64,000 bases of DNA from Nitrospirota bacterium (lineage in GTDB: Bacteria; Nitrospirota; UBA9217): assembly GCA_963840455.1 (NCBI GenBank), contig CAWIYV010000001.1, positions 64,001 to 128,000 on the forward strand, written 5' to 3'. Position 1 is the first letter of the stretch. Each line of letters starts with the position of its first letter. The translations under genes and the position numbers were made by a program. The notes beneath the pieces are model-generated. The model was not told where the DNA came from. It did not search any database and saw only the letters and a program-made list of their open reading frames with translations. Shown here in pieces: positions 37,689 to 50,056 of the stretch.

Positions 37689-39950
37689 ATGCCACGCCTG
37701 CTCCGGACCCTCCAGGAACACGGGCTTCTTACTCCAGCCCGCATTATATTCCTCTTCCTGGTCATACTCTCCCTCATCATCATTCTCGGACAATTCTTTC
37801 ACCAATCGCTCCAGGATGCGATGGCGGAACAGTTCAACAAGCAGCAGCTCCTCCTCGCCCAACAGGTCGCCATCAACGTGGAAGGTTTCCTCGACCACGC
37901 GTACAAGGACATCAGCATCATTTCGCGCCTTCCCGACATCCTGCGCATCGGCCGGAGCCCCCAGGCTCGTTCAGTGGTGCAGGGCATCCACTACCATATC
38001 GAGGGCGACATTCTCGTGACTCTCCAGGTCCTGGACCGCACAGGCACGATCCTGTACGACAGCGGCAATCCAAGCCGCGAGGGCGCCAGCGTCGCGGACA
38101 CGAAGTACTTCCACCGGGCGACCACGCTGCGCCGGAACGAGCACCTCGTCACGGACCTCATGAACATAACCGGAGACCGTTCCGATCCCAAGCAGTTCGC
38201 CATGGCCGTCCCGATCTTTCAGACGATGGCAGGATCGAAGGAGATTCGGTTCAGTGGTGCTGTCCTCGCGGTCCTCTCCGTGAACGGCATCACCCAGAAA
38301 TACCTCTTGCCCGTCAAATCCGGCACCCGGGGCTACGCATGGATGATGGACAGCGACGGAACGCTTCTCTACCATCCCACGCAGCCGCAGATGGTCGGGA
38401 AGAACCTTTTCCAGACGGACCGTTCCTGCTTTCAATGCCATCGCTCGTTCAACGCGGAAAAACGGATGATCGAGGGGAAGGCCGAGACCTTCGGCTACTA
38501 TGAAGCGCCGGGAGGCGAGAACAAGCTCGCCGCTTACTACAAGTTCCCGGTCGGGGTCCGCTCCTGGTTCGTTGTTGTGTCCGCTCCCTACTCCGACGTC
38601 ATCGCCCTGATGAGCAGAAGCCGCTTCCTCTATTCATCCCTGATCATCTCTGTTTTCATCGTCACGCTGGCGGCTGCCGGCGTCCTGATCATCATCAATC
38701 GCCAGAAGATCATGGCCGAGGAGAAGGCAACTCACCTCGAAAACCAGCGGCGGCTGGAGCAGGAGATCGTCGTCGCCAAGAACTATCTGGAGAACATCAT
38801 CGAGAACACGAAGACGAACCTCATCGTCCTGGACCGCGACCTCAATGTGAAGACCGTCAATACGGCCCAGGCCATAACGCTCGGCAGGCCCAAAGAGGAC
38901 ATCCTCGGCCGCCACTTCTTCAGCTTCTTCCCGGACAATCTGCGCCCCTATGACGGGATCCCCATCGAGACGCTCCTGCACAAGACCCTGTCCGCAGGCA
39001 ACAGTTACGATGTCAAGGAGTACCAGGTGACGGGCCTTCAGCGTGAGCCGATCTACCTGGACATGATCGTGAGCCCTCTGCTCATCGCCGGCAGGGTGGA
39101 TGGCATTGTCATCACCAGCAGTGACGTGACGAAACGCGTGCTGCTCGAGGAGGCGCTCAAGAAGTACACCACCGAGCTCGAGGACCGCGTCGCACGGGAG
39201 GTGGAGCATCACCGCCGGCTCGAGCAGCAGGTGATCCACTCCGAAAAGCTCGCCGCGCTCGGCCGTCTCGCCGCAGGCGTCGCCCATGAGATCGGCAACC
39301 CCCTCACGTCCATCTCGACCTTCGCCCAGCTCCTCCGGGAAATGGCAACGGACGAATTCGCCCAGAGCAGTCTCGATATCATCAATACCCACATCCAGCG
39401 CATCACTGAGATCGTGCGCCAGATGTCCGCTTTTTCCCGCCCCGGCGAGGCGAACATCAGGCTGCACCAGGTCAACGACATCCTCACAGCATCGCTCGAC
39501 CTCATGAAGTTCGACAAGCGCATGAAAAGCACCATCGATATCAAGATCAACCTCGACCAGGATATCCCGAAGACCATGATCGATGAAGGCCAGATCGCCC
39601 AGGTCTTCATCAACATCATCCTGAACGCTCTGGACGCCATGCCAGAAGGTGGTAGGCTGACGGTAACAAGCCATCACGGCCTGAACAGCCAGGGCCTTGA
39701 CACGATCTTCATCGATTTCGCCGATACGGGAACCGGCATCCCTCCGTCCGATGTGGAGAGGATCTTTGATCCTTTCTATACGACCAAGGAGGCGGGCAAA
39801 GGAACCGGGCTCGGCCTTTCGGTCAGCTACAACATCGTGAAACGGTTCAAGGGGGACATTAAGGTCGCCAGCCAGCTCGGCAAAGGGACCACGTTCACCA
39901 TCACACTGCCGGTCCTGATCGAGCCGCGCAAGGAGCCCTCGCATGGATAA
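37689..39950 (+). CDS. Sensor histidine kinase with a dCache domain carrying a CxxCH heme motif, PAS and NtrB-type core
   Basis: TM-dCache (GYAWMMDSDG.LLYHP; CFQCH at 38427-38441)-TM-PAS-AHEIGNPL...NALDAM...GTGLGL. Confidence 0.92.
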   Translation: MPRLLRTLQEHGLLTPARIIFLFLVILSLIIILGQFFHQSLQDAMAEQFNKQQLLLAQQVAINVEGFLDHAYKDISIISRLPDILRIGRSPQARSVVQGIHYHIEGDILVTLQVLDRTGTILYDSGNPSREGASVADTKYFHRATTLRRNEHLVTDLMNITGDRSDPKQFAMAVPIFQTMAGSKEIRFSGAVLAVLSVNGITQKYLLPVKSGTRGYAWMMDSDGTLLYHPTQPQMVGKNLFQTDRSCFQCHRSFNAEKRMIEGKAETFGYYEAPGGENKLAAYYKFPVGVRSWFVVVSAPYSDVIALMSRSRFLYSSLIISVFIVTLAAAGVLIIINRQKIMAEEKATHLENQRRLEQEIVVAKNYLENIIENTKTNLIVLDRDLNVKTVNTAQAITLGRPKEDILGRHFFSFFPDNLRPYDGIPIETLLHKTLSAGNSYDVKEYQVTGLQREPIYLDMIVSPLLIAGRVDGIVITSSDVTKRVLLEEALKKYTTELEDRVAREVEHHRRLEQQVIHSEKLAALGRLAAGVAHEIGNPLTSISTFAQLLREMATDEFAQSSLDIINTHIQRITEIVRQMSAFSRPGEANIRLHQVNDILTASLDLMKFDKRMKSTIDIKINLDQDIPKTMIDEGQIAQVFINIILNALDAMPEGGRLTVTSHHGLNSQGLDTIFIDFADTGTGIPPSDVERIFDPFYTTKEAGKGTGLGLSVSYNIVKRFKGDIKVASQLGKGTTFTITLPVLIEPRKEPSHG

Positions 39951-41301
39951 GACGAACATCCTGGTCGTTGACGACGAAAAGGACATCTGCCGTGCGCTGA
40001 ACATCATCCTGTCCAAGGAAGGGTACGCAGTGACCGAAGCGTACAACGGCGAACAGGCCGTGGATCTCCTGAAGAAGCTGACCTTCGATATCATCATGAC
40101 CGACATCAAGATGGACAAGATGGACGGGTTCGAGGTCCTCAAACAGGCCCAGTCCCTCGCCCCGGGTTCGTCGGTCGTTATGATGACCGCCTTCGCGTCG
40201 GTGGGGTCCGCTGTGGAGGCCATGCGGAAGGGAGCCGCAGACTACATCACCAAGCCGTTCATCAACGATGATATCCGCCTCACCATCAAGCGCATTGTCG
40301 AAAGCCGCGAGCTCCAGATGGAGAACCAGATCCTGCGGCAGGAGCTGAGCCAGCGGTGCATATCCTTCAAAAACATCATCGGCACTTCCGATGCAATCCA
40401 AAAGGTCTTCTCGGTCATGGAGAAGGTCATCCCGAGCAAAGCTAACATCCTCATCACCGGCGAGAGCGGGACCGGCAAGGGTCTCGTCGCCCAGGCCATC
40501 CACGAGTCGGGCCCCCGCATGGACAAGCCGTTCATCTCCATCAACTGCGGCGCCATCCCCGAAAACCTTCTCGAGAGCGAGCTCTTCGGTCACAAGAAGG
40601 GCTCGTTCACCTCGGCCATCGAAGACAAGAAAGGCCTCATTACCATGGCAAACAGCGGCACCCTCTTCCTCGACGAGGTCGGAGAACTTCCTTCTTCCCT
40701 CCAGGTGAAACTGCTCAATGTCATCCAGAACAAAGAGCTGACCCCTGTTGGTGATACCCGGGTCATCGCCGTGGACATTCGGGTCATTGCGGCGACCAAC
40801 GCAGACCTCATGCAGCGGGTAAAGGACGGCCGTTTCCGCGAGGACCTGTTCTACCGTTTAAACGTCATCGAGATCAGGATCCCGTCGCTCCGGGAACGCA
40901 AGGACGACATCCCGCTCCTGATCAAGCACTATCTCCAGGTGTTCAACGACGAGGCTGGGAAGAAGATCAAGGACATCGATTATGAGGCGATGCAAGCGAT
41001 GCTCGCTTATGATTGGCCGGGCAATATCCGGGAGCTGCGGAACACGCTGGAGCGGGCCGTGGTGCTCGCCGAGGGCGACATCGTCACGCTGCACGACCTG
41101 CCGGACAAGTTCAGGTCACTGGACCTGGAGGGCATCGCCACTTCGTCGCTGAGACAGGCGCTGGACGATTACGAGAGGGAATATATTCGCAGGAGCCTTT
41201 CGGAGAACAGGGGCAATAAAGAAGCGACAGCAACGCGGCTGGGCATCGACCTGGCCACACTGTACCGCAAATTGAAGAAGCTCAGGATCGATGCGGCATG
41301 A
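39943..41301 (+). CDS. Sigma-54-dependent response regulator (NtrC family)
   Basis: Receiver, GESGTGKG, ESELFGHKKGSFTSA (GAFTGA variant), FREDLFYRL, WPGNIREL, Fis-type HTH. Confidence 0.95.
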   Translation: MDKTNILVVDDEKDICRALNIILSKEGYAVTEAYNGEQAVDLLKKLTFDIIMTDIKMDKMDGFEVLKQAQSLAPGSSVVMMTAFASVGSAVEAMRKGAADYITKPFINDDIRLTIKRIVESRELQMENQILRQELSQRCISFKNIIGTSDAIQKVFSVMEKVIPSKANILITGESGTGKGLVAQAIHESGPRMDKPFISINCGAIPENLLESELFGHKKGSFTSAIEDKKGLITMANSGTLFLDEVGELPSSLQVKLLNVIQNKELTPVGDTRVIAVDIRVIAATNADLMQRVKDGRFREDLFYRLNVIEIRIPSLRERKDDIPLLIKHYLQVFNDEAGKKIKDIDYEAMQAMLAYDWPGNIRELRNTLERAVVLAEGDIVTLHDLPDKFRSLDLEGIATSSLRQALDDYEREYIRRSLSENRGNKEATATRLGIDLATLYRKLKKLRIDAA

Positions 41302-41390
41302 GCGGCGGGAACGCCTTGCGAAACGGCTTTAGTCAATTAGACATGAACTTCCACACAAACTGGTGAAAAATACTCAAGCAAGACAAATCT

Positions 41391-41460
41391 TTGACAGAAC
41401 AACAGGATTGACCGAATTTTTTTAAACCTTGATCCGCCTTTATCCGGGAAATCCCGTCAA
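41391..41460. repeat. Degenerate REP/MITE-like inverted repeat in a convergent gap
   Basis: ttgacag-aacaa-caggat ... atccggg-aaatc-ccgtcaa, with 9-nt periodic arms. Confidence 0.45.
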
Positions 41461-41489
41461 AAGAACTCTTTCATTCCGCCTCGTCCGGG

Positions 41490-41759
41490 TCAGGGAATGA
41501 GGTCCTTCTTTTCCTCCTTCGGCACTTCAAAGGTCTGTGTCTTCTCTTCCTGAGGCACCTCGAAGGTGTCCGACCACTGCCGGTTGCTCCCCTCGTCGAG
41601 CCTGACCTCGGTCACACTCGACGCCGGCAGCGATACGTACTGGAGCCGGCTCTTGATATAGACCTCGGTGTCGGACACCTCGACCAGCGTGCCCCGGTAG
41701 GACGTCCCATTCGCAATGACCTCGACCTCCTTGCCGATCATTTCCACGATGTCAGGCAT
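41490..41759 (-). CDS. Small Sm/LSm-fold-like protein with a duplicated C-terminal motif
   Basis: MIGKEVEV...YRGTLVEV...VYIK beta pattern; TFEVP(Q/K)EEK twice; SD AAGGAG. Confidence 0.65.
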   Translation of the reverse strand: MPDIVEMIGKEVEVIANGTSYRGTLVEVSDTEVYIKSRLQYVSLPASSVTEVRLDEGSNRQWSDTFEVPQEEKTQTFEVPKEEKKDLIP

Positions 41760-41801
41760 GTTTGCTCTCCTTTCCCATCATCGGTTTGCTGTCCTCCGAG
41801 A

Positions 41802-43118
41802 TCATATCTCCAGACGTCCCCACGACTGCTTCCGGTATCGCCACAGGAGGATCATCATCCTTATCAGCCAGTCAATGATCATGACGGACCAGATATAGCG
41901 TATTGGCGCCTTGAACACCGTAGCGAGCAGTGCGGTGAGCGGCAGCCGCACAAGCCACATTCCGGCGATGGTCGCGAACATGATGAAACCGGTATCCCCC
42001 GCCCCGCGGAGCGAGCCGGTGAGCACCATGCTGAACGCCAGCGGCACCTGCGCGAAGGCAACGATCTTCATGTAGAGTATACCATAGCGAATGACCTCGG
42101 GATCACTGGTGAACAGCCGGAGGAGCACATAGGGAAAGAAAAAGAACAGGAGGCCCATGGAGGACATGAGGATGACCGCGAGGCGGTTCGCCTCGAAGGC
42201 AGAGAGCCTCGCCTCGTCGGGCCTTCCGGCGCCAAGGTTCTGGCCGACCATGGTCGCAGCCGCCACCGCGATACCATACCCCGGCATAAACGAGATCGCC
42301 TCAATGGCAAGCCCCACCTGGTGCGCGGCATAGACCGTCGTGCCATAGAGCAGGATGACCTTGGCGAACACCATCGAACCTGCGTTCTGCAGGAAACGGT
42401 CGACGAGGATCGGCCAGCCGAGTCTCATGGTCATCGTCGTCAGCCGCATCTCCAACTTTCGCGAGAGGACGATGTAGCGCCGCTCCAGGGAGCGGGTCAG
42501 GAGGAACGCCGTACCCAGGCATTCCGATACCGCTATGGCGATCGCGGCGCCCTTGACGCCCATCGCCGGAAATCCCCATTTGCCGTAGATGAGCGGATAG
42601 GCAACGACCACATGCAGGATGTTTACGATCAGCGTGGCGTACAGCGGCGTCCGGGTGTCGCCAGCTCCGTGCATGATGCCCGAAAGGACATTGATGGAAA
42701 TAGTGAAGAGGATGAAGGTGAAGATGATCTTCGAGTAGGAGTACAGGATATGCTGGACCTCGTCGTTCGCACCGAGCAGTCCGGCCACCTTCCAGCCTGC
42801 CGCGTGCCCCAGCACCATGACGATGATCGCCGCCAGGACCGCTGCGAGCATCGCCTGGTACGCGGCCCTGCCCGCCTCATCCTTCCGGTCCGCACCCCAA
42901 AGCTGGGAGACCAGGACCGTCACGCCGACATTGATGCCCCAGGAAACGCTCATGACCACAAAGATCATGATCTGCGCCACGCCGACAGCGGCGATTGCCG
43001 ACGCGCCGAGCCCGCCGACCAGGAAGATGTCCACAATGCCCACGGACCGTTGGAGAAAGCTTGACAGGACCACAGGAACGGCAAGCCGGAACATCTGTTT
43101 TCGAATCATATTCTGCAT
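41802..43118 (-). CDS. MATE family efflux transporter
   Basis: LAVPVVL, VD..LVG.LG..AIAAVG, GAGDTRTP, MGVKGAAIA, GQNLGAG, LRGAGDT. Confidence 0.94.
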   Translation of the reverse strand: MQNMIRKQMFRLAVPVVLSSFLQRSVGIVDIFLVGGLGASAIAAVGVAQIMIFVVMSVSWGINVGVTVLVSQLWGADRKDEAGRAAYQAMLAAVLAAIIVMVLGHAAGWKVAGLLGANDEVQHILYSYSKIIFTFILFTISINVLSGIMHGAGDTRTPLYATLIVNILHVVVAYPLIYGKWGFPAMGVKGAAIAIAVSECLGTAFLLTRSLERRYIVLSRKLEMRLTTMTMRLGWPILVDRFLQNAGSMVFAKVILLYGTTVYAAHQVGLAIEAISFMPGYGIAVAAATMVGQNLGAGRPDEARLSAFEANRLAVILMSSMGLLFFFFPYVLLRLFTSDPEVIRYGILYMKIVAFAQVPLAFSMVLTGSLRGAGDTGFIMFATIAGMWLVRLPLTALLATVFKAPIRYIWSVMIIDWLIRMMILLWRYRKQSWGRLEI

Positions 43119-43188
43119 AACTAGTGTGTATATTCAGGATAACTGCAGGAGGGAGAAATCTACCATGAACTAAGGAGAACGCAGAGGG

Positions 43189-44028
43189 CTATTTCACCAG
43201 GGAGCGGACCTTCTTCATGTTCCGGGGATCGTCCTCTTCGGTCTCTTTCGGCGTTTCCATGATCTTCGGTATATCCTTGAACGCCCTGTGGTTCAGGAGG
43301 GCCTTGAAACCATCCTCACCGATCTTCCCCTCGCCGATGTGCCAGTGACGGTCCACGCGGGAACTGAAGTCCTTGAGGCAGTCGTTCAGGTGCATTCCCT
43401 TAAGCTTCTCCAGACCAACGGTCTCCTCGATCTTCTTCGCAACGGCATCGACGCCCTGCTTTGTCCGGACATCATAGCCGGCGGCGAACCCGTGGCAGGT
43501 ATCATAGCAGATCCCGATCTTGTCCTTATCGCGCAATCGCGAGATCACCTCGCTCACCTGTTCAAAGGTGTATCCCACATCCCCTTTTTCCCCGGCTGTG
43601 TTCTCGAGCAGGATGGTCGCCTGCGGCTTATGGAGCTTCATCGCCATGTTCAAAGCATCGGCCACGCGGCCGATCATCCATTCCGGTTCCTGGCCGCTCG
43701 CCGAGCCGAGATGGGTCACCAGATATTCCGCGCCAAGATGCTCGGTCCGCTCCAGGTCAATGACGAATTGTTCGATGGAACGCTGGTACAGATCAGGACG
43801 GGGAGACGCGAGGTTGATGAGGTAGTTCGTATGGACGAAAATCGGGCCGATGTCGTACTGCTCCCGCAGCCGCTTGAACTCGATGATATCGTCCTTATCG
43901 AGCGGCTTGACCGTCCATCCGCGGGGATTGCGGCTGAAGATCTGCATGGTTGTGCAGCCAAGCTCGTAGGCTCGCTGCACCGCGAGCGAAAAGCCGCCGG
44001 ATATGGAAACGTGAAATCCGATCCGCAT
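43189..44028 (-). CDS. nfo: Endonuclease IV
   Basis: IGFHVSISGG, HTNYLINLAS, LLENTAG, DTCH, HLND, DRH..IGEG, ETP. Confidence 0.95.
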   Translation of the reverse strand: MRIGFHVSISGGFSLAVQRAYELGCTTMQIFSRNPRGWTVKPLDKDDIIEFKRLREQYDIGPIFVHTNYLINLASPRPDLYQRSIEQFVIDLERTEHLGAEYLVTHLGSASGQEPEWMIGRVADALNMAMKLHKPQATILLENTAGEKGDVGYTFEQVSEVISRLRDKDKIGICYDTCHGFAAGYDVRTKQGVDAVAKKIEETVGLEKLKGMHLNDCLKDFSSRVDRHWHIGEGKIGEDGFKALLNHRAFKDIPKIMETPKETEEDDPRNMKKVRSLVK

Positions 44029-44029
44029 G

Positions 44030-47456
<3,427 letters not shown>

Positions 47457-47470
47457 TGCGTTCAACCCGG

Positions 47471-48730
47471 TCATTCCTTCGGCAGGACCACCCGGAACTT
47501 CGTTCCGGCATTCACCGTGCTCAAGACGTCGACCCTGCCGCCGTGGGCGGTTATCACCTTGTGCGTCAAAGCCAGGCCCATGCCCACGCCCTCGTCCTTC
47601 GTCGTAAAGAACGGAAGGAACACCTTTTTGAGGTTCTCGGGAGGGATCCCGGTGCCCGTGTCCCCGACGATAATGGTCAGATCTTTGTCCACCTGCATGG
47701 TCACGGACAGAGTCCCGCCGTCGGGCATGGCTTCAACAGCGTTCTGCATGAGATTGCCCAGGGCCTGGCGCATGAGCACCTCGTCGACCGGCGCCATGAC
47801 GTCGCTGATATCCAGGAACGTGCCGAGCGATGGTCTTCCGGACCGGGCCTGCAGGACGGTCTCGATGCAGGACTCCAGCAGGTGACGCATGTTCACGACC
47901 GTGCGGTTCAGCGACGTCGGCCGTGCAAAGGTCAGGAGGTCGCTGATGATGCGGTTCATCCCGACGATCTCCGCCTGGATGTCCCTGATGACGGCCTGCC
48001 CTGCGTCATCCTGCTTTCTGGCGAGCAGGCTCAGGTAACCTGCGATCACCGCCATGGGATTCCTGAGCTCATGAGCAATGCCCGCCGACATCTCTCCAAG
48101 GGCCGTAAGCCGCTCCTTGAGCTCGATCTGCTGCTGAAGGCGCTTCACCTCGGTGAGGTCGGAAAAGGACAGGATGACACCGAGGGTCTTTCCCTGCCGG
48201 TCTCTGAGGAGCGCGGTATTGAATCCGAGCCATATCCGCTTGCCCTTTCTCAGCAGTTCTGCTTCCATTCGCCGGGAGAGAACGTGCGTTTCCCGTGTCT
48301 CCCGGACCAGCCGGCAGGTATCGCCATTCCCGAAGATCTCGTCGCAGGTCCTGCTCAGGCCGCTGCCACGCTCCATCCCCAGGATCTCCTCGGCAGCGCG
48401 GTTCATCGAGGCGGCGAGACCGTTCCCGTCAAAGGTGATGACCCCGCTGGTGACGCACTGGAGGATGTTCTCCGTATAGCCTTCGACGTTCTCTGCCCGC
48501 TGCTCTGCGAGCGAACGGAGCCGTTCCAGCTCCCTCTCCTTCTCTTTGAGCTGGCGGGTGACATCCTGGAAGGCGTTGATGATGAAGCTGACGTCCTGGG
48601 TCTTTTCCTGCCTTTCAGGCTTCAGCCCCAATTCGCGCCGATACCGCTGCGTCATGCCCCAGATGACGAGCGCCCCTACCGCGACCACCAGCACTCCCGT
48701 GACCAGTATGGGAAGGACGGACGCGGTCAT
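47471..48730 (-). CDS. PAS sensor histidine kinase (single N-terminal TM)
   Basis: PAS, AHELRNPM, NAVEAM, DTGTGI, PFFTTK, GMGL; overlaps pilD. Confidence 0.93.
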   Translation of the reverse strand: MTASVLPILVTGVLVVAVGALVIWGMTQRYRRELGLKPERQEKTQDVSFIINAFQDVTRQLKEKERELERLRSLAEQRAENVEGYTENILQCVTSGVITFDGNGLAASMNRAAEEILGMERGSGLSRTCDEIFGNGDTCRLVRETRETHVLSRRMEAELLRKGKRIWLGFNTALLRDRQGKTLGVILSFSDLTEVKRLQQQIELKERLTALGEMSAGIAHELRNPMAVIAGYLSLLARKQDDAGQAVIRDIQAEIVGMNRIISDLLTFARPTSLNRTVVNMRHLLESCIETVLQARSGRPSLGTFLDISDVMAPVDEVLMRQALGNLMQNAVEAMPDGGTLSVTMQVDKDLTIIVGDTGTGIPPENLKKVFLPFFTTKDEGVGMGLALTHKVITAHGGRVDVLSTVNAGTKFRVVLPKE

Positions 48731-49554
48731 GGACGGAAAAACCCGAAATACCAGCTGATGATATCAGCGCCGTAGAACAGGGTGAGCAGTGTACCAAAGG
48801 CAAGGTAGGGTCCGAAGGGGATGACTTTGTCCACCTGGTGTTTCTTCAAGGCGATGAGCGTCATACCCACAATGGAACCCGTCAGCGCGCCCAGCATGAT
48901 GGTCAGGAACGCCCCTTTCCAACCCAGGAAACAGCCGACCATGCCCATGTACTTCACGTCGCCGCCGCCCATGGCCTCGACCTTCCTGAACTTTTCCCAA
49001 AGCCATCCGATGATGAAGAGCGGAGCGGCCCCCAGGACGAGTCCGACGAGGGAGTTCACGAACCCGGTGAGGTAGGTTCCTGCTGAGGGAAGGAGCTTTC
49101 CCAGACCGAAGGCCATCGGCGGCTCGAGTGCGGACATGAAGAGCGGGGCCGCGAGCAGACCGATGACCATGCCGGGGAGCGTTATGACATCCGGTATGAT
49201 CTGGTGGTCAAGATCGATGAAGGTGATGACGAGGAGGGCCGAGCACAGCACCATGACCAGCCCCGCCTCTCCGGTCATCCCGAATGCGGCGTACGCCCAC
49301 AGGTACAGCAGGCCGTTCAGGAGCTCGACAAGCGGGTATCGCCAGGAAATGGGCAGGCCGCATGAGCGGCACTTGCCGCGGAGCGCAATAAAACTTACCA
49401 GCGGTATATTGTCGTACCAGCGGATCGGCGTCCTGCAGCGGGGGCACTGAGACCGAGGGCTGACGATGGACTGTTCGCGGGGAAGCCGCACGATGCAGAC
49501 ATTCAGAAAGCTCCCGACGATGAGACCGAAGAGGAACACTACCACGAAGATCAT
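48727..49554 (-). CDS. pilD: Type IV prepilin peptidase/methyltransferase
   Basis: GSFLNVCI.RLP, two CxxC, FIDL, MGGGDVK, IPFGPYL. Confidence 0.96.
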   Translation of the reverse strand: MIFVVVFLFGLIVGSFLNVCIVRLPREQSIVSPRSQCPRCRTPIRWYDNIPLVSFIALRGKCRSCGLPISWRYPLVELLNGLLYLWAYAAFGMTGEAGLVMVLCSALLVITFIDLDHQIIPDVITLPGMVIGLLAAPLFMSALEPPMAFGLGKLLPSAGTYLTGFVNSLVGLVLGAAPLFIIGWLWEKFRKVEAMGGGDVKYMGMVGCFLGWKGAFLTIMLGALTGSIVGMTLIALKKHQVDKVIPFGPYLAFGTLLTLFYGADIISWYFGFFRP

Positions 49555-49919
49555 GCAGACCTCTCGTCATGGCTGGCTGGTGCAGGTTTCAGGACCTCGG
49601 CCTCGCGCCGCAGGTCATCCAGGAGGATTTCCCGGTCCTTCTGATAACGCTCGATCTTATCCACTGCCGACGCGATCTCGTAGTTCTTGAACAGGAGGTC
49701 AAAGGTACTGGGAAGGGTATCGTTCTCCTTCATTTCGAGGAGCTTCTGGCCGATGAATTGCTGCTGCTCGCGCACCTTGGCCTGAATGCCGTCGATCTGG
49801 ATTCTGAGCCGTACAATGGTGATCTCTGCCTTCACGCGGTCTGAGAATGTCGCGGCAAAGGACGCCAGCTTTGCATAGCCCTTCTGCAGATTGATCAGCG
49901 TCTTTTCCCAAACGGTCAT
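49551..49919 (-). CDS. Hypothetical coiled-coil protein
   Basis: MTVWEKTL start after AAGGAG; overlaps the pilD start (ATGA). Confidence 0.7.
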   Translation of the reverse strand: MTVWEKTLINLQKGYAKLASFAATFSDRVKAEITIVRLRIQIDGIQAKVREQQQFIGQKLLEMKENDTLPSTFDLLFKNYEIASAVDKIERYQKDREILLDDLRREAEVLKPAPASHDERSA

Positions 49920-50056
49920 AGTGGCGGCTCCTTCAAGCGGAGCAAGGGTCCAGGGTCGCAGTGGCAATCATGTCCGGCGGTCCTATTGCCCATGATCCCT
50001 GCTCCTTGAACAATGATCTGGATTACCGGTTACTGTATCAGAATACCCTTCAAATA

